From Tubulanus polymorphus (lineage: Eukaryota; Animalia; Nemertea): a DNA stretch of 64,000 nt. Every line of letters begins with the position of its first letter. The stretch's first letter is position 1. The notes under the pieces are model-generated. The model saw nothing but the letters and a program-made list of their open reading frames with translations. It was not told the origin of the DNA and searched no databases. A program made the position numbers and the translations under genes. This document shows positions 15,714-29,250 of this stretch, piece after piece. The stretch covers positions 16,933,653 to 16,997,652 of the forward strand of contig NC_134028.1 in the NCBI RefSeq assembly GCF_964204645.1, written 5' to 3'.

Positions 15714-18271
15714 CATGAATTCCATTGTGACGGAATTACATTTTACCCCGGATTAGCAGTGCATTGTACTTATTGATTTCGGCGGTTGTAAGGAAGTCAC
15801 TGCCGTCGGACCTTCCTCTTCCATTACTTCAGTTCCAGTTCCATTGTTGTTTGTTTGTTGTACGGGGTTGTTCACAGTGTCTTCTTTCATGTAACGAGCT
15901 GCGATAGTGCGATGCTCAACGGCTGATGTATAATACTTCAATCTGATCGCATTATGAACTGGTTGAACGAAGTGAGTTGTTATTGTTCCTCGAAACGTCT
16001 GCAAGCACATTGAGGTCAAGCACATTGAGTTCCACACACCGTTGGTTGATGGCTTCCTCATTTACGACAGCTATTTCAATATCGGTGGTACAGGAGCACA
16101 CAGCTTTCGCAAACGAATCCGCATCGTTGACAATTTCACGCCTGCTCATCACCAAACGTTGTACCATTCGTTTGACATTTCCGCCGAGAGCATCGTTAGG
16201 GCCCTTGCCATGGGAAGTTGCAAAGTAGTTCCACAATACCTGCACTTGGTGATACTCTTGAAGTTTTGACAGTATGGAGAAAACGTACTTGTTTTTATAC
16301 TGGCTTGATGGTCCATCTGTCCATATGTCCACAGTTTTGACATCAGGACACTCCGCTTTGATTTTGTCAATCATGTTGGAAGTAAATGCCGTCACTGCAT
16401 GTTTTTCGTGATCACGGCAATTACTCACTATAATGAAGGATTTGTTCTGTTTACGATAATATACCATCATTGTGTATACGGTGACTTGTTTCTGTTTCCA
16501 GTGGGCGCTTTGTATCTCGTCTTGCCAAACACATGTGAAGTTCTCTGCAAAATCCATTTGTAAAAGGCATTGCGTACTTTTTTCAAGCAAAGCCTCACTT
16601 TTTGCAATGTTGTACATGGTAGCTTGTTTTTCTTTAATGAACGAATGCCACAGAAACCTTGGTAACTGGCTCCCAATTCTATCAAACGCATCTGTTGTGG
16701 AACCATGCTGGGCCGCTTTCTGAAGGTAACCGTCCACGTCAACCCATTGATACCACTTGAATTCCATTTCAGGTTCGACAACATCACGGAATCTGTCATA
16801 AAAGAGAACTGCATCACGGCATTTTTCACAATTATCGGACATACATTCTTCCCTATTAACATCGCAGACACATTTGGCATTAAATGCTTCCTTGGAGTAA
16901 AGTGGAACAACATCTGGGTATTTACGGTGCAAAGCTTCGAGCAAGAGGAAAATATTCTCATGGTACCTGCATGTGCATACATTATGGGGCATTTCTGAAC
17001 ACAAACATACCCACTTCGGTCGCAATTCTGCGAATTTAGATTTTCCGATGACTGCATCAGGATGGTCATTCTTGAAAGCCTCATAAGCTTCTGATATTGT
17101 CATCACCAGATGCATCTTCTGTTTTCTAAGCTTTTTGCCGGTTTTGGGATCTTTATAACTGATGCAGTCAGCTTTTCTGGGCATCGTACGTGAGACATCA
17201 TCTTTTTGATAGAATGAAATGACAGCCTCAGTAGTTGCATCTGTCAGTTTACGAGTTGGTGACTTCACAACATACGCATCTAAATAATCACACGCCAGTG
17301 ACTTGAGAACTGTGCTTCGTTTACGTGGGCTCTTGGGTACATTTCTGATAACCCTCGACTTAGCTTTGTTTAGTGCAGCCGCATTACCGTATTTATAATC
17401 GCACTGAATCGCTGTTTCCGGATCCACAGTTGACCTGAACTTTTTAACTGCGGCGAAATTCTTTTTACGAAGTTGCTGCAGTTCATTTGCAGATAGACCG
17501 CTACGATAGACTTGCTTTCGATCACGATCACACTTCTTGTATGCTTCATATGCGTCGGCATCTTGTTTTAGACGAGCCCGTCTTTCCCTCTGACGTTCGG
17601 CAGCCGTCTTGCCCATCTGAAATATACAAGAATCTTATTGTAAAACTTAGAGATAAGTATAGTATGCAGTAATGTGACGGAATTTCAAATTTCAGGAAAT
17701 GTAATTCCGTCACAATCTGAAATGTAATTCCGTCACGTGCGATTTTCCGTATGACCCTTAAGCAATCGGCAAGATTTACCGACCCTGTTTTATATGTCCA
17801 GTAATCTTTGTTGTACATATCTTTCTTCAAGATAATAAAACTATATTCTCGCAACCACATTAAAAATTTCAAAAAATATTGTGACGGAATTACATGGCAC
17901 GTGCTGTGCTCCATGAAAATAATAGGTGAATTTTTACCATAACCTTCTTACAATGACATGTAATGTTAATACCTGCATGTTCTAGATACTCTATAATTTA
18001 AAAAAAATATATAACTTACCTATGTGAATGTTACGGTGTCGTCGATGCAAACAGATTTGAAAATGCAATTTTGTTCTTCTACTGAACTGAATTTAAAAAC
18101 TTCCGTATACGCACGTTGCGCATGCGCAGATGCCCGGTTGCTACTAAAATTCGAAAAATTACACAACGAAACGACGCACTGGAATGTTGGCTGCAAATCT
18201 GTGATAAAATCACATGTATTATCTAAGTTTCAAAATTACGACTCCCTGTCCCGGTTTACGTGGAATTCATG
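15714..18271 (-). mobile_element. Sola2 DNA transposon (2558 bp) inserted into Gypsy pol
   Basis: 11-bp TIR CATGAATTCCA/TGGAATTCATG and 4-bp TSD TTGA (15710-15713, 18272-18275). Removing it restores the local pol frame EFMDLL|SELKIDQL. Internal TGTGACGGAATT repeats at ~15726, 17673, 17700, 17722 and 17880. Confidence 0.9.
15753..17616 (-). CDS. Sola2-type DDD transposase (554-aa ORF; C-terminus frameshifted near 16000)
   Basis: Motifs DFAENF..QDEIQSAHW, WTDGPSSQYKNK and WNYFATSHGKGPNDALGG. A splice acceptor (tatatttcag) lies immediately before the ATG. The C-terminal GTITTHFVQP is in the overlapping frame 15753-16061, after a short local duplication (CACATTGAG x2). Confidence 0.85.
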
Positions 18272-20096
18272 TTGAGTGAATTGAAAATCGACCAGCTTGA
18301 AATCCCCACTGACATGAAAACACAGCTTGTTGACATCATACGGGAGAACAAGTCAGTATTCTCGATGGGAGACTTAGACATCGGTCGAACAGATTCGCTT
18401 GAATTCGAGATTGACACCGGTGACCACCCACCGATAAAACAACATCCCCGTCGGCTACCCCCTAGTAGGAGAGCTTTTGTTAAGGGGACGACCAAGGAGA
18501 TTTTAGAACAAGACTTGATCCGGCCATCCAACGGCCCGTGGTCAAGCCCAATAGTTCTAGCGAAAAAGGCCGATGGTTCCCTGCGTCTATGCTGCGATTA
18601 CCGCCGACTCAATGACGCGACAGTCAAAGACGCTCACCCGTTAGGTAGAATAGACAGTACCCTTGAGGCTTTATCGGGCGCAACCTGGTTCTCGTCCCTC
18701 GATTTGACCAGCGGATACTGGCAGGTCCCGATAAAGGAATCAGACAAACATAAGACCGCATTCACGACTGAAAACCATCTATTTGAGTGGAATGTCATGC
18801 CGTTTGGAGTCTGTATTGCCCCGGCGTCATTCAGCAGACTGATGGCGATGGTACTGGCTGATGTTGCATGGAAAACATGCCTTATCTACCTGGATGATGT
18901 AGTGGTGTTTAGTCATGATCTACCAACCCATCTGACGCGATTACAAGAGGTATTTCGTTGCTTTCAGAAAGCCGGTCTCAAGCTTAAACCGAGAAAATGC
19001 TCGCTTTTCCGGGGGCGCCTCATTTTTGGGGCATGTAGTAAGCGAAGCCGGTGTAGTAAGACTACAGCCGTCAATGAGTGTGGAACGAACTGGGACGAAG
19101 AACTACCTGCGTGTTTGATGGCATTTCGTTCAAGCGTCCAGCACTCCACTCTTGAAACGCCGTTCTACTTGATGTACGCCAAGGAAATGTCACTATCAAT
19201 CGACATCAGCGTAGGCTTGCCCGAAGACCACCAACCAAGGACTAAGTATGGCATGGACCTCTCTGACCGCCTCACCTAGTCACACATCATTGTTCGTGAT
19301 CGACTAGTAATGGCACAAAGGCGTCAGAAAATGGACTATGACCGTTTCGCAAAACGCGGGGGTTACAAGGTCGGGGATCGCGTGTGGCTGATGAGCCACT
19401 TCTTGAAAAAGGACGAGGCATCTAAGTTCCACCGGAAATGGAAAGGGCCTTACGTCGTGACCGAGAGACTATCGGAGGTGAATTACAGGGTTGTCCTGGA
19501 ACCAGGCACCGACCCGAGGGCGGTGAAGAGAAAGCGGGTTGTGCACTTTAATGATATGAAACCGTGCTTCCTGGCTAGTGACACTGTGGCTATAGGTCAT
19601 AAAAAACCTAGACAGGAACCGGTTAAAATAACCGATCCCGAGGAGCAACCAACCCTCAACGACGATGAGGGGGGAGGAAGATGAAGACTGTGTCTGGGCA
19701 CAGTCACAGTCCGAGACAACGGCGGTTATTCAAGAACCTCTTGTAACAGGCCCAACCCAAAACCATCGCGAACCTCCTACTCAAAACCGCTCCAAGCCTG
19801 GGCCTTTGAACATTACAGGCAGGCTAAACACTGAGGGGCACAGAAGACTCAGGAGGCCCAGAGTAGGGATCAGGCGCCCTAGTCGGTTCGTAAACTCATG
19901 CACAGACAACAACGATGATCGCTAGCCATCCAAAATAGGGCATCAGACCCTCTGGTGGAACCAAACACAGCTATAGGACCTCCAGTCGCCTCAGATAAGA
20001 TTGAGCAGAGCAACATTATTGGCATAGAACTGATCCAAAATTGCCAGAAATCAAAGGGTTAAATCCTATATATGTAAATAGATACCCTTGTATATA

Positions 20097-20100
<4 letters not shown>

Positions 20101-20167
<67 letters not shown>
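20101..20167. repeat. (TA)n microsatellite
   Basis: Direct reading. Confidence 0.98.
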
Positions 20168-20170
<3 letters not shown>

Positions 20171-20429
20171 GTAGACAGTTTAGTATCATTTAGTATCATT
20201 TGTAACTGGTGGTGACTAGGATTTCAGACCCCTTGCACCTCCTGATATATAAGGCTTAAAATGGGACAGAGAAATGCTTAACTTCTCATCAAGTTACAAG
20301 TTACATGTAACATTAGGTCGTACTTCATTTTTGGGAAGCCAAAAGGATATTCTCGCGATGTAACCTCATATAATCTACTTTGCGAAACTGTCAAAGAATG
20401 CAAATATCCTAATGCAGTAACAGTCTAAA

Positions 20430-21980
20430 ACCCCTGTAACAGGGTGTAACAGGCTGTAACGCCCCGTAACACCATGTGAAACCCCAGTAACTAAAAGTAA
20501 AATATGTGTAACGCTATGTAACACACTGTAACAAGGGTGTAACAGGCTGTAACGCCCCGTAACACCATGTGAAACCCCTGTAACTAAAAGTGAAATATGT
20601 GTAACGCTATGTAACACACTGTAACAAGGGTGTAACAGGCTGTAACGCCCTGTAACACCATGTGAAACCCCAGTAACTAAAAGTGAAATATGTGTAACGC
20701 TATGTAACACACTGTAACAAGGGTGTAACAGGCTGTAACGCCCCGTAACACCATGTGAAACCCTGTAACTAAAAGTGAAATATGTGTAACGCTATGTAAC
20801 ACACTGTAACAAGGGTGTAACAGGCTGTAACGCCCTGTAACACCATGTGAAACCCTAGTAACTAAAAGTGAATTATGTGTAACGCTATGTAACACACTGT
20901 AACAAGGGTGTAACAGGCTGTAACGCCCCGTAACACCATGTGAAACCCTAGTAACTCGAAGCGAAATATGTGTAACGCTATGTAACACCCTGTAACAAGG
21001 GTGTAACAGGCTGTAACGCCCCGTAACACCATGTGAAACCCTAGTAACTAAAAGTGAAATATGTGTAACGCTATGTAACACCCTATAACAAGGATGTAAC
21101 GGGCTGTAACGCCCTGTAACACTATGTGAAACCCTAGTAACTCAAAGCGAAATATGTGTAACGCTATGTAACACCCTGTAACAAGGGTGTAACAGGCTGT
21201 AACGCCCCGTAACCCCTGTAACTCAAAGTGAAATATGTGTAACGCTATGTAACACCCTGTAACAAGGGTGTAACACCCTGTAACGCCATGTGAAACCCCT
21301 GTAAATAAAAGTGAAATAAGTGTAACGCTATGTAACACCCTGTAACAAGGGTGTAACAGGCTGTAACGCCCCGTAACGCCCCGTAACACCATGTGAAACC
21401 CCTGTAACTAAAAGTGAAATATGTGTAACGCTATGTAACGCACTGTAAAAAGGGTGTAACAGGCTGTAACGCCCTGTAACACCATGTGAAACCCTAGTAA
21501 CTCAAAGCGAAATATGTGTAACGCTATGTAACACACTGTAACAAGGGTGTAACAGGCTGTAACCCCCCGTAACACCATGTGAAACCCCTGTAACTAAAAG
21601 TGAAATATGTGTTACGCTATGTAACATACTGTAACAAGGGTGTAACAGGCTGTAACGCCCTGTAACACCATGTGAAACCCTAGTTACTCAAAGCGAAATA
21701 TGTGTAACGCTATGTAACACCCTGTAACAAGGTGTAACGGGCTGTAACACCCTGTAATGCTATATGAAATGTAAGTCAAAGTGAAATATGTGTAACGCTA
21801 TGTAACACCCTGTAACAAGGGTGTAACGGGCTGTAACGCCCTGTAACACCATGTGAAACCCTAGTAACTCAAAGTGAAATATGTAACAAGGGTGTAACGG
21901 GCTGTAACACCCTGTAATGCTATATGAAATGTAAGTCAAAGTGTAACGCTATGTAACACCCTGTAATAAGGGTGTAACTG
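20430..21980. repeat. 93-bp satellite (~16 units) built from ~10-bp TGTAAC subrepeats
   Basis: Unit GTAACTAAAAGTGAAATATGTGTAACGCTATGTAACACACTGTAACAAGGGTGTAACAGGCTGTAACGCCCCGTAACACCATGTGAAACCCCT; CTAAAAG recurs at 20491 and 20584 (period 93). Confidence 0.95.
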
Positions 21981-22833
21981 ACTGTACAGTCATGATCCAG
22001 AGATAATTTACTAACCAAACTTGTCAATCATTAATTGTATACAATATGGCAGTTTGACATCACTCTGAGACCAAATAGTAAATTTTGTGAGTAACAGCGA
22101 GTAGTTGTATTTAATTAACTATTAGGCTGTCTGACAGTATCAGAGCCAATGGGTAGATATATAGTTACATAGAGACTCAGAAAGTTATTCTGATTTTACG
22201 TCTCAGTGAAATATGCTCTGTGACAACATCGAAATATATATAAAAAGGAATACCATATATCTTTATTCGCTGATATTTACAGGTAAGCATAATTCTATTT
22301 TTATGTAGTCCAATTTAATGTGGCCTGAGTTTGTATTGTTTGCATAATCATAATAGGCTGAAACGAATTATACTTTTATTGCGTGAAATGATGTGTAGAC
22401 TAGACTAGTAAACATCGAAATATATGTGACGACATCGAAATATATATACAAAGAAATATTATATAGCTTACTCTCATTAATATATATGTGATAGACAGAA
22501 TTGACATTCACTGACTTTGTTATTTGTGCACGGTCACGGTCATGGTCATGGTCATAGTTTGCATTCATCTGGATGCATGTTATAACACAATACAATGCAC
22601 CGATTTGCATTCAGAGGGTTTTATGAATAACCAGGGAATTTGAACTATTTGGACAAAGGAAATTACATACTGTGACTTAGATTTTTGTATAAAGGTTGGG
22701 GGATTTTTACATGGTTGGTCATAACATATTTGGTGGTCTTACTGAATAAAGTTATATGATTTAACTGGCTCTCTGCTGTCGTCTGTTTGTTCCCACTGCT
22801 ATTGCAGAAGTGTGAAGTGTCATCCACATTTAT

Positions 22834-22851
22834 TGGTCCCTCGAACCGGAT
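22834..22851 (+). promoter_or_regulatory. BEL primer-binding site, tRNA-Tyr type
   Basis: TGGTCCCTCGAACCGGAT is near-complementary to the tRNA-Tyr 3' end ...ATCCGGCTCGAAGGACCA. Confidence 0.8.
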
Positions 22852-22886
22852 GTCTGTCCACTGATGAATGAGAGAAAGCAGGGAAA

Positions 22887-25800
22887 ATGTCTACAGACGT
22901 TGCCTTGAAGGTGAGAAGACGAGCCAGAGGTGTGGCGAAGGCTGGTTTCACACGGAAGTGTAACAAAGCAGAAGACCTCATTGCTGTAAATGGAAGTCGA
23001 CGGGAATTGAGACAGCTCATATCCGAGATTGATGTTGCTGTTGAAGACGTCCAGAAGACCAATGAAGGCGTGGTTGCTTTGCTGACTGCCGAACCGGAAA
23101 TTATTGAAGCCGACGCATACCTTGCCGAAGAAGAGACACGCCAACGTCAGGTTGTGTCATCTATACGTGGTTATTTAGCCTTCCGAGGGGGCGGTGAGTC
23201 CAGCGTATTGAAGGTGTCTTCTAGAGGTTCCGAAGCATCAAAAGCTGCTGATGTCCAAGCAAAACTGAAGGCCCTTGAGGTGAAACAGCTTGAGAGAAGA
23301 CTTGACCAAGAACGCCAAGAACAGGAACTCCATCGCCAGCGTTTACTTCAGGAGGCTAGAGATGGTGCTGAGATGGCAGCCCTTCAAGCACAGTTGATGG
23401 TTTCCAGAATCAGTGGGCTGGAAGCAGACCGGATGCATGATTTTGACGATGAAGACTCTGACACCCGGAGGCCATCGGCACCCAGAAGACCGCCACTTGT
23501 TCCTGATCCAGATGAAGAAGATGAAGGCGATCCTTGGAGATTCCATCCCAGACCCAGAGGTGATGAGCCGAGAATACCCAGACCTGATCGTCATCATGAT
23601 GCCAGAGTTCTGAAATCACTGCCGAAAGTCAAGTTGCCGACATTCAAGGGCGATACAGCAGAATGGCCAAGATGGTTGTCGCTGTTTAGAGCACTGGTAG
23701 ATGAACAGCATGCCCTAACCGACGTTGAGAAGATGACTCATTTACAGTCAAGTGTTGCTGGTGTTGCACAGAAGCTAATTTCTGGAATGATGTTTGATGG
23801 AAGACAGTACCGAGATGCCCTGAAAGTTCTTCAAGATCGTTATGGAAAAGAAGAAGACATTGTTCATGCGTGTCTGCAGAAGATTTTTATTTTGCCAGCC
23901 ATTGGTCTTCATGATGTCTCGGCCCTGGAGAATTTTCAAGCTACTGTTCACTCAGCTGTGACGACTCTTGATACGCTCGATTTTGCTGGAGATTTGGCAA
24001 GCGCTGAAAATCTGAGAAGAGTACTGCAAAAGCTGCCCATTGAATTGCGCCGAGATTGGGGAAAACAAGTTCTTGAGCTAGAACAACAGAAGAGAAGACC
24101 CAATTTGATGCATTTTGATGAGTGGTTGACCCTTCAAGTCAGAATTAGCCTGAATTATGCTGATGAGACGAAGCCGGACTCTGGTCAGACGAAGACGAAA
24201 CAAAAGTCTGGAGTGACAAGGTCCGTCCATACTACTGGTGTTCAAGAAGAGTCGTATGGTGAAGTTCAGTCTGGTGTGATGTTCGTCAATGTGAATCCAG
24301 AAGTCTGTCCCTGTTGTCAAAAACGTCACTTGTTAAAGGACTGTGAAGTGTTTAAGAAGAAGACGGTTGATGATCGAGCTGTGTATGTTGCAGAAAATAA
24401 CAGATGTTTTACTTGCCTTCGAGTGGGTCACAGATCAAGACAGATCAAGACAGTGCAGAAATCGGAAGCCCTGTGATGAAGACGGTTGTAAGTTTAATCA
24501 TCACCCTTTGCTGCATGGTAGTAAACCTGTATACTCAAGAAGACGAAGAAAAAACGCAACTTCTACTAAGCCTGCTGACCCGAAGCCTGGAAGTCAACCT
24601 ACTAAACAAGATGACTCGTCCGCTGGTCAGATGTCAAAAGTCGACAGTTTCACTAATACCGAAAAAAGAGAGACGAATGCTGTAACTCAAACCAACGGTG
24701 TTACATTACTGCAGATTGTTCCTGTGAGAGTCCATGGGGAAACTGCTTCCCGAGATACGTTTGCTCTACTGGATCCAGGGTCCCAGACGTCGCTGTGTAC
24801 TGATGCACTAGCAAATCAGCTGAATCTCTGTGGTGAGAAGAAGATGTTACGACTTGGTACTTTTGAGTCTGGCGGTGAAGTGAAGTCAACCACGAAGCTG
24901 AAACTTGAACTGACTCCTCTTGCAAGAGATGCTACTGATAAGAAGATCGAAGTAGACGAAATATGGTCCATACCACGTTTGAATGTCTCAATGCCGCAGT
25001 TAAGACAGAAGAACAGATCCAAATGGTGCCACCTGGCTGATATTCCGATACCTGATGTTGGGCGTGGACAAGTGGAAGTTCTTCTTGGGGCTAATGTAAT
25101 GGAAGCTGTCGTTCAGCATGATGTACGAAAAGGTCGACCTGGTCAGCCGTTTGCTGTGAAGACTGATTTCGGCTGGTCATTAACCGGTCTGACGACTAAT
25201 CTGGTATCTGATGCTGATCGTGGAGTACATTTTATCCAGAAGATGTCCAGTGACGACCAATTGAATAAAATGGTTGAAGAATGGTGGTCCACTGAAGCCT
25301 TTGGAGTGAAATACGAGAAACCAGTCTCTGAATCGAAAGAAGATGCCCGAGCCTTGAGCATCTTAAAATCGAGTACAGTGAAGATAGAAGGTCAAGATCG
25401 CTACCAGACCCGTCTGCTCTAGAAAGAAGATGACGTTCAGATGCCGAATAATCGTCTGATGGCTATGAAGCGATTGATGTCCACCGAAAAGAGTCTGCAA
25501 CGGAACCCTGAAAGAGCTGCTGCTTATGACAAGACGTTCAAAGACTATGTTGATCGAGGTTTCGCTCGTAAACTAAGTCCAGAAGAAGCTGCTAAGCCGA
25601 ACACTAAAAGATGGTTCCTGCCTCATCACGCAGTAGTGAATCCAAACAAGAAGAAGTTGAGAGTTGTTTTTGATGCTGGTGCCACCTGTGAAGGAAAGTC
25701 ATTAAACAGCAAACTTCTAACTGGTCCAGATTTACTGCAGAGTTTACCAGGAATCCTGCTACGTTTTAGAGAGAATCCTGTTGCGATGATGGCTGATGTC

Positions 25801-28020
25801 GAAAAAATGTACCATCAAGTCAGAGTAGCCGTAGACGATCAACCTGCATTAAGTTTCCTTTGGCGTGATATGAATGTTGACCAGAGTCCTGATGTTTACC
25901 AGATGATGGTGACGATATTTGGCGCGAAATGCTCACCAGCGATGGCAAACTATGCACTGAGAAAAGCAGCTGAAGACCACTGCCAAGAAGATGATCCTGT
26001 TTCTGTAGCTGCTGCTCAGGCTGTTAAGTCTAACTTCTACATGGATGACTTCTTAAAATCGGAAGAAGATGTTGCCTCAGGAAGTCAGATGCAGTCTGCT
26101 GTAACAGAAATGGTCAAGAAAGGTGGTTTCCGTCTGACAGAATGGCAAAGTAACTCAAGAGAGCTGTTAGCCAGTGTACCAGATTCCGAAGTTGCTGTCA
26201 AGTCACTCAGTCCTGATGAGTGTTTACCGACTGATCGAGCCCTCGGAGTACTGTGGGATTGTGAAAAAGATACCCTTGGAGTTAAAGTCCAGGTGACTGA
26301 TGTCCCGGCTACTAAGCGTGGTCTGCTGAGTAAAGCTTCATCATTGTTTGATCCATTTGGTATTGCTGCACCATTTACTCTGGTAGCGAAGATACTGGTA
26401 CAGCGTTTATGGAGTGAAAAGATCGACTGGGATGCAGAATTGACAGGACCCGAACTCGTGGCGTGGCAGGGATGGATGGAGCAGTTGCAGAATGTCACCC
26501 AGTTACGAATTCCAAGATGTCTACAGACGATAATTCCTGTTACTCGAGAACTTCACGTATTCTGCGATGCATCTGAAAAAGCATTTGGTGCTGTTGCATA
26601 CTTGAGACTGGTGTCAGAATCTGGAGAAGTCCGACTGTCGTTTGTGATGTCTAAAGTCCGTGTCTCTCATCTGAAAAAGATGTCAATTGTACGCATGGAA
26701 ACGCAAGCTGCGGTATTAGCTGTTAGATTGGCCAAGAATTTAAAAACAGAACTGACGTTTGCCGCCGATGACACTGTGTACTGGAGTGATAGTCTGATAG
26801 TACTGGGGTATATCACTAATGAAAGTCGTCGTTTCCACGTCTTCATTGCCAACAGAATTGCAGAGATCCGTGACGAGTCGAAACCAGACCAGTGGCATCA
26901 CATCCCTGGTTGTATGAATCCTGCAGATGTATGTTCCCGTGGTTCCTCAGCATCAGAACTTGTGGCAAACGATGAATGGTTGAACGGTCCAAGTTTTCTG
27001 TTGTCGCAGCCTGAAGACTGGCCACAGCGTGAGGAAGAATTTCCGAAATTACAAGATGAAGATCCAGAAGTTAGAAGACAGATGTATCATATCAATGTCG
27101 TTGGAACTGAAGTTCTACCTGACCCGGCAAGATTTTCATCTTGGGTGCGGTACAAACGTGTTGTCTCGTGGATCTGTCGTTATCAGAAGAATTTGAAGAA
27201 ACTAACTCAGAAGATGTCTCCTTTGAAAAGCTCCTTGACGGCTGAGGAGTTGAAGGAAGCTAAATTATTGATTCTTCAAGATGTTCAAGCGAATTTGTTT
27301 CCCGCAGAGATAGAAGCTTTGAAGCAGAAGAAATCCATTCCCAGACGAAGTCATATTCTGCAGTTAACACCAGTTATAACTGATGATGGTCTGCTACGCG
27401 CAAGAGGTCGTCTTGAGAATGCTCCGATTCCTTATTCTGCTAAGCACCCGATCCTGTTGCCGACGAAACATGAAGTTACAAGACTCGTTTTGATGAATAA
27501 ACACTATTTGCTGTTTCATGCTGGTGTTGAGCACACATTAAATGAAGTCCGTCAAACGTACTGGGTTCCGAAAGGAAGATCGAGACTACGAAAGTTGGTG
27601 TTTGACTGCAAGCTTTGCAAGAAGAGACGAGTTAAACCAGAACCTCCATTGATGTCCGACTTGCCTGCTGTACGATTTGAACGAAGCTACCCGTTCTACA
27701 ACACTGGTATTGATTACTTTGGACCCTTCACTGTTAGAAGGTTCCGGAAAACCGAGAAACGTTATGGTGTTCTGATGACTTGCTTAACAACTCGGGCTGT
27801 CCATTTGGAATTAGCGGAGAAGTTGGACACAGATAGTTTTCTGCTGTCGCTGAGAAGATTCATGGCTAGACGTGGTCATCCTGCAAAAATCCACTCTGAC
27901 AATGGTACCAATCTGAAAGGTGGTGAACGCGAACTTCGAGAATCCATAGCTGAATGGAATCAACAGAAGATATCCGACGAACTTACACAACTTGGTATTG
28001 AGTGGTACTTTCAGCCACCT
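22887..28020 (+). pseudogene. BEL/Pao gag-pol polyprotein (Gag, Zn knuckles, protease, RT, RNase H, partial integrase)
   Basis: Motifs LPKVKLPTFKGD (Gag), CPCC/CFTC knuckles, ALLDPGSQTS (protease), WFLPHHAV..KLRVVFDA, ADVEKMYHQV, FYMDD (RT), LHVFCDASEKAFG (RNase H), [23 protein letters not shown] (integrase). Disabled by a 10-bp duplication CAGATCAAGA (24431-24450) and a TAG at 25420. Confidence 0.95.
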
Positions 28021-29146
28021 GGACTCTCGAAGTTCGCGTTCACCACCTTTCAGATTGGTACCATTGTCAGAGTGGATTTTTGCAGGATGACCACGTCTAG
28101 CCATGAATCTTCTCAGCGACAGCAGAAAACTTGGACCGTTCAACCATTCATCATTTGCACGCGATGGCAGCCCTCCAAGCACAGTTGATGGTTTCCAGAA
28201 TCAGTGGGCTGGAAGCAGACCGGATGCATGATTTTGACGATGAAGACTCTGACACCCGGAGGCCATCGGCACCCAGAAGACCGCCACTTGTTCCTGATCC
28301 AGATGAAGAAGATGAAGGCGATCCTTGGAGATTCCATCCCAGACCCAGAGGTGATGAGCCGAGAATACCCAGACCTGATCGTCATCATGATGCCAGAGTT
28401 CTGAAATCACTGCCGAAAGTCAAGTTGCCGACATTCAAGGGCGATACAGCAGAATGGCCAAGATGGTTGTCGCTGTTTAGAGCACTGGTAGATGAACAGC
28501 ATGCCCTAACCGACGTTGAGAAGATGACTCATTTACAGTCAAGTGTTGCTGGTGTTGCACAGAAGCTAATTTCTGGAATGATGTTTGATGGAAGACAGTA
28601 CCGAGATGCCCTGAAAGTTCTTCAAGATCGTTATGGAAAAGAAGAAGACATTGTTCATGCGTGTCTGCAGAAGATTTTTCACCGTGTTGCACGCCACCGG
28701 ATGTCTGTCCACTGATGAATGAGAGAAAGCAGGGAAAATGTCTACAGACGTTGCCTTGAAGGAGAGAAGACGAGCCAGAGGTGTGGCGAAGGCTGGTTTC
28801 ACACGGAAGTGTAACAAAGCAGAAGACCTCATTGCTGTAAATGGAAGTCGACGGGAATTGGGACAGCTCATATCCGAGATTGATGTTGCTGTTGAAGACG
28901 TCCAGAAGACCAATGAAGGCGTGGTTGCTTTGCTGACTGCCGAACGGAAATTATTGAAGCCGACGCATACCTTGCCGAAGTAGAGACACGCCAACGTCAG
29001 GTTGTGTCATCTATACATGGTTATTTAGCCTTCCGAGGGGGCGGTGAGTCCAGCGTATCGAAGGTGTCTTCTAGAGGTTCCGAAGCATCAAAAGCTGCTG
29101 ATGTCCAAGCAAAACTGAAGGCCCTTGAGGTGAAGCAGCTTGAGAG

Positions 29147-29250
<104 letters not shown>

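Larger units (their letters stand above)
14805..20100 (+). mobile_element. Ty3/Gypsy LTR retrotransposon remnant (internally deleted, split by Sola2, truncated at (TA)n)
   Basis: Candidate 5' LTR TGTGATG...CGTTACA (14805-14999) followed by a PBS. Post-protease segment PVRLANDS..GQTIG near 15530. RT at 18276-19030 (PWSSPIVL, LRLCCDYRRLN, LDLTSGYWQV, MPFG, YLDD). Integrase C-terminus and GPY/F module (KWKGPYVV...VVHFNDMKP) at 19060-19684. RNase H and the integrase core are deleted; no 3' LTR. Confidence 0.9.

Noticed and set aside
20375-21392. Repetitive minus-strand ORFs (HSVTHISLLVT...)
   Set aside because: They result from the 93-bp (31-codon) satellite period.
16467-27025. Overlapping or antisense ORFs within Sola2, Gypsy and BEL coding regions
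   Set aside because: Shadow frames of genuine transposon ORFs with no independent motifs.
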